From an uncultured bacterium (lineage in GTDB: Bacteria > Verrucomicrobiota > Kiritimatiellia > CAIKKV01 > CAITUY01), in contig CAIVSY010000063.1 of the NCBI GenBank assembly GCA_903908715.1, positions 30,113 through 94,112 on the forward strand: 64,000 nucleotides of DNA. The letters are read 5' to 3'. Positions 57,294 to 64,000 of the stretch are shown here, piece after piece. The notes under the pieces are model-generated. The model was not told the DNA's origin, made no database searches, and saw nothing but the letters and a program-made list of their open reading frames with translations. Every line of letters begins with the position of its first letter. Positions within the stretch are counted from its first letter, which is position 1. The position numbers and the translations under genes are program-made.

Positions 57294-58613
57294 ATGAGTG
57301 AACGCTGCCCATCCAACCCCGGCACGGGGAACCAGCCGTCCAGCGCCAGTTTTCCAGCACACCCCGTGGTAATCCTGGCTTTCCTTTCCATGCTGGCGAT
57401 CTATTTCTTCTCCTATTTCCAGCGATCTGCCATCCCCGGAACGATTTTCAACGAAATCCAGTCGGACCTTGCGCTCCCCGCCACCGTCGTCGCCTCCCTC
57501 GGGGCTATGTTCACCTACATCTATGGCGGAATGCAGGTGTTTGTTGGGATGGCAACGGACCGCGTCGGCGGCCGGCGCACCCTGCTTTTCGGTGGAGTCA
57601 TCATGGTAGTTGGAGGCCTTCTCTTCCCCTTTTCCCATTCAGTGTTCCTGCTCTTTACCAGCCGTATTATCACAGGTTTTGGCGCCAGTTTCATGTACCT
57701 CAGTCTGACCAAGGAAGCAGACCTGATGTTCGACAAGCGCCATTTTGTTGCCCTGCTGGGCATCGTTTGCTCTGTCGGCTACCTCGGGGCTCTTGTCGGA
57801 ACCCTGCCGTTCCAGCGGCTTACGGTCTGGCTGGGCTGGCGTGATGCGCTGTTGTACATCGGCATCCTGACAGGTTTCTTTCTGGCATTCGCTTTCCTTT
57901 GCCTGCGGAAATTCAAACGCTTCACTCCGCCTGAAGGACGGCTTTCATTCGCACCCGTGAGGGATGTGTTGATGAACCGTCGGTCCCTCCCGCTGCTGCT
58001 TTGCGGTCTGATCAATTTCCCGATCTATTTCGTCTTCCAGTCCGTGCTGGGCAAGAAATTCCTCGAGGATATCGCCGGATTGACCCCGGCAACGGCCTCG
58101 ACATTCGTCCTCCTGATGATTGTGGTGAGCGCCACAACCGCATTCATGGGCGGTATTTCCCTGCGATGGATCGGGCACCGGCGCAAGCCGGCCGCCATTC
58201 TCTCGGGCGTTCTGGTCCTCCTCGCCTGCGCAACAATGCTGGCAGCCATCCTGCTGCGCGCCCAAAGCTGGATTTACCTGGCCGCCTATGTGGCTTTGGC
58301 CGTCTCCACAGGCTGTGGCCCGGCCTTCATGGCCCTGATGAAGGAGTTGAATCATCCGGATGCGGCAGGCACCTCGATTTCCATTCTAAATGGAACCACT
58401 TATATCGGCGCGGGAATCGTCGGAAACCTGGCCGGGTTCATTCTGGACCAGTTCAAGGACAAGGCTATCCCCGTTTGCGGGAAAACCATCTACCCTGTGG
58501 AGGCATATTCCACACTTTTCACCATCCTGGTCGTCCTCAGCATCCTTTCAGTGTTGATCATCTCGTTTGTGCAGGAAACACGCGGCGAATCCCGGTACGA
58601 ATCCCCGATGTGA
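57294..58613 (+). CDS. MFS transporter
   Basis: 12 TM segments; motif A G.ATDRVGGRR; YFQRS. Start uncertain (ORF track start 57243). Confidence 0.88.
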   Translation: MSERCPSNPGTGNQPSSASFPAHPVVILAFLSMLAIYFFSYFQRSAIPGTIFNEIQSDLALPATVVASLGAMFTYIYGGMQVFVGMATDRVGGRRTLLFGGVIMVVGGLLFPFSHSVFLLFTSRIITGFGASFMYLSLTKEADLMFDKRHFVALLGIVCSVGYLGALVGTLPFQRLTVWLGWRDALLYIGILTGFFLAFAFLCLRKFKRFTPPEGRLSFAPVRDVLMNRRSLPLLLCGLINFPIYFVFQSVLGKKFLEDIAGLTPATASTFVLLMIVVSATTAFMGGISLRWIGHRRKPAAILSGVLVLLACATMLAAILLRAQSWIYLAAYVALAVSTGCGPAFMALMKELNHPDAAGTSISILNGTTYIGAGIVGNLAGFILDQFKDKAIPVCGKTIYPVEAYSTLFTILVVLSILSVLIISFVQETRGESRYESPM

Positions 58614-58704
58614 TTCATCGGATGGTCTGGGAAAGCGGCGCACTTTACTGTCTCAACCTTCTTTCTTGCCTTTCCTGAATGCCTGCGGCATGGTTTTGTG
58701 CCGA

Positions 58705-60303
58705 ATGAGACCCGCACCCGCAAACCCTTCAGCCAAAGCCCCACCCTGGTACCGTCGGAGTCCCTGGGGCCCCATTCTGCTTTTAGCAGGTTCAGCCCTG
58801 CTGCTCCGCGTTGTCTATCTCCTATGGTTCTGCCCGTACGAACTGGCCGCGGATGAATCCCATTATTGGGAATGGTCGCGCCGCCCGGCCCTTTCGTACT
58901 ATAGCAAGGGGCCGGGAGTGGCCTGGCTGTTGTACATCAGCACCCGCCTGTTTGGCAGTTCAGAGTGGACCGTCAGACTTCCCGCCGCTGTTTCTTCCTT
59001 TGCCAGCCTCCTGCTTCTCGCACGCCTGGCACGTTCACTGGCTCCAGCCGTTCCGAACCTACCGTTGCGTGCCGCCGCTCTCTTCCTTCTGGCTCCCGTT
59101 TTCCATGGGACCTCACAATTCATGACCATCGACGGTCCATATTACACATGTTGGCTTCTGGCGGCCCTGACCGCCTGGCAGCTTTCACAAGGCAAGGGAT
59201 CGAACAGGGGGTATTTGCTTCTCGGCGCCGCAATCGGCCTCGGTATGCTTTTCAAGTATACGATCCTGCTTCTGCTACCGGGCATTCTCCTCTTCCTCCA
59301 TCGCTCTCATCCCTTGACGCGAGTCCAGCGTACCATGCGCTTGGCGGCCCTCCTGGCGGGACTTCTCCTGATCTCAAGTCCGATTCTGGCGTGGAATTTC
59401 AGCAACGGATGGCCCACCCTCGCTCATCTCCTGGGTCATGCGGGCTTGCCGGGCGGTGACATTCAAACCGCAAGGGGCTGGAACTACAATCCACTCTGGA
59501 CCATAGGATACCTGATTTATCCGTTCCTCTTCCTCGGCCCTCCCATCACCATCTTGATCTTTCTGGGCATTCGTGACGCCTGGCGTCAACGCCACGCGGA
59601 TCCGGCATACTGGAAACTCTGCTCGTTTGCGCTGCACTCCGCAATCCCCGTGATCACCTTTTACCTGTTGCTTTCCTTCAAGACGGATATCGAACTCAAT
59701 TGGACTGTGGCGGGTTACACGGTTCTTCTGATTCCCGCCGCATCCCTGCTGGCCCGGCGTTCAAGCGATCCCGATGTTCGCCGATTGTGGAAGTGGACGA
59801 CTGGTTTCGGAATCGCGGTCGGCATCCTGATCTCCTTCGGGGCCTGGCCGCTGGAGCGCATATCGCGAATGCAGGTCAATGGACGGCACATTCCTGCCGA
59901 CCGGGCCCTCAAACGCGTCACCGGTCATCGGCAACTGGCTGGAGCCGTCGAGAAGATTGCCGGCGCCGTTCGCAAGGAGACCGGTCTGCAACCCTTTATT
60001 GTTGCCGCCGGTTATAGCCGGGCCAGCCTCCTCGCCTTCTATATGCCGGGCCACCCATCGGTGCGATGCGGCAGCCCTTTCCTGGGTGGCCGTGAATCCG
60101 CATACGACTTCTTCGCGGATACAAGCCTATCCGACCCTGACCTGCTGGGGCGCCCCGCCATACTGGTCGGCGCAACGCAAGCCGCATGGGATGAAGCCCT
60201 GTATTTCGATACCCTGGTCCGGAGCGGGTATCCGGGCCGGATTTTTGCCGCTTATGGTTATGGCGGCCCATCAAGGGAATCTCGAATGCCCTCGCAACGG
60301 TAA
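58705..60303 (+). CDS. ArnT/PMT-like (GT39/GT83) glycosyltransferase
   Basis: DESHYWEWSR....YYSKGPG, WTVRLP, TIDGP, LFKYT, SPILAWN. Start at ATG 58705 (ORF track start 58567 overlaps the MFS gene). Confidence 0.85.
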   Translation: MRPAPANPSAKAPPWYRRSPWGPILLLAGSALLLRVVYLLWFCPYELAADESHYWEWSRRPALSYYSKGPGVAWLLYISTRLFGSSEWTVRLPAAVSSFASLLLLARLARSLAPAVPNLPLRAAALFLLAPVFHGTSQFMTIDGPYYTCWLLAALTAWQLSQGKGSNRGYLLLGAAIGLGMLFKYTILLLLPGILLFLHRSHPLTRVQRTMRLAALLAGLLLISSPILAWNFSNGWPTLAHLLGHAGLPGGDIQTARGWNYNPLWTIGYLIYPFLFLGPPITILIFLGIRDAWRQRHADPAYWKLCSFALHSAIPVITFYLLLSFKTDIELNWTVAGYTVLLIPAASLLARRSSDPDVRRLWKWTTGFGIAVGILISFGAWPLERISRMQVNGRHIPADRALKRVTGHRQLAGAVEKIAGAVRKETGLQPFIVAAGYSRASLLAFYMPGHPSVRCGSPFLGGRESAYDFFADTSLSDPDLLGRPAILVGATQAAWDEALYFDTLVRSGYPGRIFAAYGYGGPSRESRMPSQR

Positions 60304-60395
60304 CCCGTCCATCACTGCGGCCTTTCTTCCTCGACACACTCCATCCAAAGCGGCTATATACAAGCGCTCTTTGAACCCGATCCCGGAGACCGGTT

Positions 60396-61502
60396 GTGCG
60401 AATTGTTTCACGTTATGTGCGCGACAGCTACCTGTTGACGTTTCTGCTGACGTTACTGGTCCTGACATTCGTCATGTGCGTCATGGTGCTTTTCCGCATC
60501 GCCGACCCCCTCGCCATGGGCGGCTCGGTCCGGCTTATTGCAACAATCTTCCTGGCAGGGCTCCCTTCCGCTCTCGGGTTTTCCATTCCCGTCAGCATCA
60601 TGACTGCCGCGCTGCTGACCTTCGGCAAGTTGTCCGCGAACGGCGAAATCACCGCCATGAAAAGCAGCGGAATCAGGATGCTCCAGATCATGCGGCAGCC
60701 CATGCTCTTTTCCGCCCTTATGGCCGCCATCTGCCTGCATTTAACCGCAACGATCGTTCCAACCAGCTACGCCGCCCGGAGGGAAGCCCTTCGCCAACTG
60801 GGCACAGAAAGTCCCATGCAACTGATCGAGGAAGGGCGCCCCATCCGGGACTTCCCCGGTATTACCTTCTATGTCGGTGCCAAGGAGGATAACCAGCTCC
60901 TGGACATCTTCATCTACCAGGTCCAGCACGGCGCACCGCCCCGGACCATCAGGGCCAAACGCGGCACCATCACCGCAACCGAAGACAAGCAAAGCCTGAT
61001 TGTCGATCTTTATGATGTCCGCGTGGACCCATTCTACGATGACCGCCCCGGAGCGGGACTCGCCAGCCATTTCCCTTACGTCATTAACCTTAACCAGAAG
61101 GATCCCGCATCCCCGGTTAAAACCCGCAAGAAGAGCGATATGACCATGGATGAAATCATCGGAGTTTTACAGGATATGCCCGCGGCTTATCCAGGCCTGC
61201 CTCCTGCGGATCTGGCACGCCAAGCTGCGGTCCTCAAGGTTGAATTCAATAAGCGGATTGTCATGGCCCTGTCCTGTTTCTTCTTCGTTCTCCTGGGTGC
61301 GCCGCTGGCCACCAAGACCCACCGCCAGGAAACCACGGTTGGAATCGGAATCAGCTTGGGCTTGGTGTTTATTTTCTATCTTTTCATCATTGTTGCCGAA
61401 ACCCTTACCAGAATCCCGATGCTCCAACCGCACCTGATGACATGGCTCCCTATTGCCATCGCGGCCGGACTCGGCATTCGCCTGATCCGACGTTGTGACT
61501 GA
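60396..61502 (+). CDS. LptF/LptG family LPS export permease
   Basis: RIVSRY, IPVSIMTAALLTFGKLSANGEITAMKSSGI, I.AKRG, EFNKRI..ALSC..F..LG.PL, WLP. Confidence 0.9.
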   Translation: MRIVSRYVRDSYLLTFLLTLLVLTFVMCVMVLFRIADPLAMGGSVRLIATIFLAGLPSALGFSIPVSIMTAALLTFGKLSANGEITAMKSSGIRMLQIMRQPMLFSALMAAICLHLTATIVPTSYAARREALRQLGTESPMQLIEEGRPIRDFPGITFYVGAKEDNQLLDIFIYQVQHGAPPRTIRAKRGTITATEDKQSLIVDLYDVRVDPFYDDRPGAGLASHFPYVINLNQKDPASPVKTRKKSDMTMDEIIGVLQDMPAAYPGLPPADLARQAAVLKVEFNKRIVMALSCFFFVLLGAPLATKTHRQETTVGIGISLGLVFIFYLFIIVAETLTRIPMLQPHLMTWLPIAIAAGLGIRLIRRCD

Positions 61503-62775
61503 GCCCCGCAACAACTATCGTTCGTTCTGGCTACCGGACCTGCTGGGGCTGTCACTGCTGGCTTGCCTTGCCACAGTTCCCTTCCTTTCAGGAAAGCTGG
61601 ATCTGTATTTGCAGTCCCTTTTCCACACCCCGGCAGCCCAAACCGCATGGTCGCACGAAAACCGGCCCCTGTGGCGCTTCCTCTATCATTTCGGAACCTG
61701 GCCGGCCCTGATAACCGCACTGGGCGGACTGATCGTCTTCATTGCAAGCTGGCGACGCCCGTCACTGGCTCATTTCCGCCGGCATGGCGCCTACCTGTTC
61801 CTTGTTCTCGCCATCGGACCCGGATTGCTTGTAAACACCATTTTCAAGGATCACTGGGGGCGCCCACGCCCAAGGCAGGTAACGGAATTCGGTGGGCGCT
61901 GGCAGTTCCAGCATGTGCTGCAAAACGGAGCCGCGGGCAGAGGAAAATCGTTCCCCTGCGGACACAGCTCCACGGGTTATTATTTCGTGGCCCTATATTT
62001 CCTGCTCCGTCGCCGTCACAAGAAGCTCTCCCTGGCCGCACTGGCAGGCGCACTCCTATACGGAACACTTATCGGAATCGCCCGCATGGCCGCAGGAGCG
62101 CACTTTTTCTCGGATGTTCTCTGGTCGGCCGTTTTCACAGCTGGAGCGGCCTGCCTTCTCTATTATTTTATCCTGCGCAGTCCCGCAACGGAAGACACTC
62201 CCGGCGCCATCGCACCTGCGCGCCGCCCTGCCCTCATAATAACCGTCTCGATCCTTCTGGCAGCAGGGGCTCTTCTCGCCACGCTCGCGGCAACCCCATC
62301 TTACCGGGACTGGCATACCCGTATCTCCATCCCCGAATCCATCACACCTGACCTGGAAATCAAGTGCTTACGCTGTGATGTCGATCTGTCCTTCATAGAT
62401 TCCCCGGACCGCACGGTTCAGGTCGCCGGTGAGGCTCACGGCTTTGGCTGGCCGTGGATCCGTATTCGGGAATCATTTTCTCTCCCGGATCCGCCCGGGA
62501 CCACGCTCCGTCTGGCCGTCATCCCTGACAAGGGATTCAGCGAACTCGCGGGTTCTCTTCGCATCCGCGTCCCAGCCCGCCTGTTCAAGGAAGTCCGAGC
62601 CGAAATGACCGAAAATCAAATCAAGATCACGGCGCCGCCAGGGCTGCTTATCCCGCCGCTTAACCTGCGGATGCAACAAGCCATCGTATCGGCTCCGGAG
62701 GAGATGAAACGCAGGTTACTGGAAGAACCCGCCACCAACGGAGTACAAATCCTGCGCCTGCCCGCGACCCGCTAG
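61495..62775 (+). CDS. PAP2-family membrane phosphatase with a C-terminal soluble extension
   Basis: C1 KDHWGRPRP, C2 SFPCGH, C3 ARMAAGAHFFSD; about 150 aa soluble tail after the last TM segment. Confidence 0.87.
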   Translation: MTEPRNNYRSFWLPDLLGLSLLACLATVPFLSGKLDLYLQSLFHTPAAQTAWSHENRPLWRFLYHFGTWPALITALGGLIVFIASWRRPSLAHFRRHGAYLFLVLAIGPGLLVNTIFKDHWGRPRPRQVTEFGGRWQFQHVLQNGAAGRGKSFPCGHSSTGYYFVALYFLLRRRHKKLSLAALAGALLYGTLIGIARMAAGAHFFSDVLWSAVFTAGAACLLYYFILRSPATEDTPGAIAPARRPALIITVSILLAAGALLATLAATPSYRDWHTRISIPESITPDLEIKCLRCDVDLSFIDSPDRTVQVAGEAHGFGWPWIRIRESFSLPDPPGTTLRLAVIPDKGFSELAGSLRIRVPARLFKEVRAEMTENQIKITAPPGLLIPPLNLRMQQAIVSAPEEMKRRLLEEPATNGVQILRLPATR

Positions 62776-63536
62776 GAAGTGACCCTTCGGAATGAATGGC
62801 GCATGGACTGGCGGGACCCCGGACAGGGCCTGTCCAACGGAACTTCTAACCCATTCATACCCGCTCGAGACCTCTTGTAGGGGAGAAAGGCAAGAATCGG
62901 GACTCCACCCCTTTCCTTCAATGTCCGGATATTATCCGTCTCGATCCTGCCAATGCGCCCCGGCTTCGACTGGTTTATCACGATTCCCAGGACAGTCAAT
63001 CGGCGGAACCGCAGCATCTCCAGCGTCATGAGCGTATGATTCAGCGTTCCCAAGCCAGGCCGGGCGACCACGACGACAGGCAGGCCGAAAGACACCATGA
63101 TATCCAGCATGGTGTATTGCCGGCCTACAGGAACGAGCAGCCCCCCCGCCCCTTCCACCACAAGCCGGTCATACTTGCGCAGCAGGGCACGTCCCGCAGC
63201 CAGGATGCGCGAAATCAGGATGGGCCGGCCAGCCAGCAGGGCCGCCAGATGCGGAGAACACGCAGGCCGGTAGCGGTACGGGGCCATCTGCGCATACAAG
63301 CTGGAGGGAACCTTCAAGCTTGCCGCCTTCAGACAAACATCAAGATCCGGCGCCCGGAGCCGGTCCGCGGGACCTGTGCAACCCGTTTGCACCGGTTTCA
63401 TGGGCACCGCATCCACCCCTGCCTTTCGCCATGCCCGCAGGATTGCGGAAGCCACCAGCGTCTTACCAACCCCGGTATCCGTTCCCGTGACGAATACGCC
63501 ACGCGCCAGGCCGAGTTCTCTGCCGCCACACTTCAA
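62772..63536 (-). CDS. bioD: Dethiobiotin synthase
   Basis: VFVTGTDTGVGKT, KPVQTG, SPHLAA, VVEGAGGL, LGTLNHT; TTG start overlaps the bioC stop. Confidence 0.95.
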   Translation of the reverse strand: MKCGGRELGLARGVFVTGTDTGVGKTLVASAILRAWRKAGVDAVPMKPVQTGCTGPADRLRAPDLDVCLKAASLKVPSSLYAQMAPYRYRPACSPHLAALLAGRPILISRILAAGRALLRKYDRLVVEGAGGLLVPVGRQYTMLDIMVSFGLPVVVVARPGLGTLNHTLMTLEMLRFRRLTVLGIVINQSKPGRIGRIETDNIRTLKERGGVPILAFLPYKRSRAGMNGLEVPLDRPCPGSRQSMRHSFRRVTS

Positions 63537-64000
63537 CCTATTCCTCCCCTGATTGCACTGACACACAGTACTTCATACCCCGCAAAGACTCCCCCATGAC
63601 CATCCGGGCATTCGCGATCATACTCCTGTATAAGGCGCTGAATCTCACCTCGCGAAAGCGGAACTGAACTGCGCGACACTTCCCCGCCCGTCAGCCCTTG
63701 CGCATGGATCGTCTGCAGGAAATCTCGGGCGGATGCATAGCGGGCATGCACGAGTTCCTTATGGACCTCCTCGACAAGAAAACCCGCGGAGTCCATTGCC
63801 GCCAACACAACCGATTCCTCGACAAGGCGGGCAGTTGGTATCTTGGCCGGCGAAATCAGCGACCGGATCCGGCGCAGTTCAGCCAGAGTCCCGGCGGTCA
63901 TTAATGCGGCGCATAATCTGCCACCAGGCGCGATCAGCCTATAGACATTACGTATCGTCGATTCAATCGGGACCGCCCAGTGCAATGCGGAACTGCTTGC
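63533..64000 (-). CDS. bioC: Malonyl-ACP O-methyltransferase BioC, C-terminal part (runs off the right edge)
   Basis: SSALHW....L.PGG.L....GTL.EL; adjacent to bioD. Confidence 0.75.
   Translation of the reverse strand, partial: ASSSALHWAVPIESTIRNVYRLIAPGGRLCAALMTAGTLAELRRIRSLISPAKIPTARLVEESVVLAAMDSAGFLVEEVHKELVHARYASARDFLQTIHAQGLTGGEVSRSSVPLSRGEIQRLIQEYDRECPDGHGGVFAGYEVLCVSAIRGGIG

Noticed and set aside
1-64000. CRISPR arrays, IS elements, prophage or defence genes
   Set aside because: No regularly spaced repeats, transposase/integrase motifs or phage structural genes were seen.

Overview
A GC-rich bacterial chromosomal window made mostly of housekeeping genes. Gene content and order suggest a Gram-negative anaerobe, possibly of the PVC group (Kiritimatiellia/Lentisphaeria-like); this is inference only. 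No CRISPR array, transposase or phage gene was found. The main blocks are: aroC-tgt-yajC-secDF-recJ (-); a 5-gene membrane/glycosylation cassette (+) with its own sigma70 promoter between aroC and tyrA; trpS-scpA-scpB-pheA-hisC-tyrA (-); lemA, DUF1015, rluA, thrC, rnr and oppBC-like permeases; tRNA-Leu(UAA); a long glutamine-centred run glnA(type III)-gltB-gltD-purF-pyrG-carB (-); thyA-like, coaB::HD fusion and a sigma54 activator (-); MFS, ArnT-like, lptF/G, PAP2 (+); bioC-bioD (-). The standout is a candidate undescribed nitrogen-signalling system at about 47.8-54.8 kb. Two back-to-back, full-consensus sigma54 promoters lie upstream of (i) the GS-GOGAT-amidotransferase run and (ii) a protein with KaiC-like, PPDK ATP-grasp and putative phospho-His swivel domains but no PEP/pyruvate barrel. 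That gene converges on a sigma54 activator whose N-terminal input domain is an apparently inactive ArsC/LMW-phosphatase fold (C-X5-R changed to S-X5-R, redox Cys pair kept). All annotations come from recognising motifs by eye, not from database searches.
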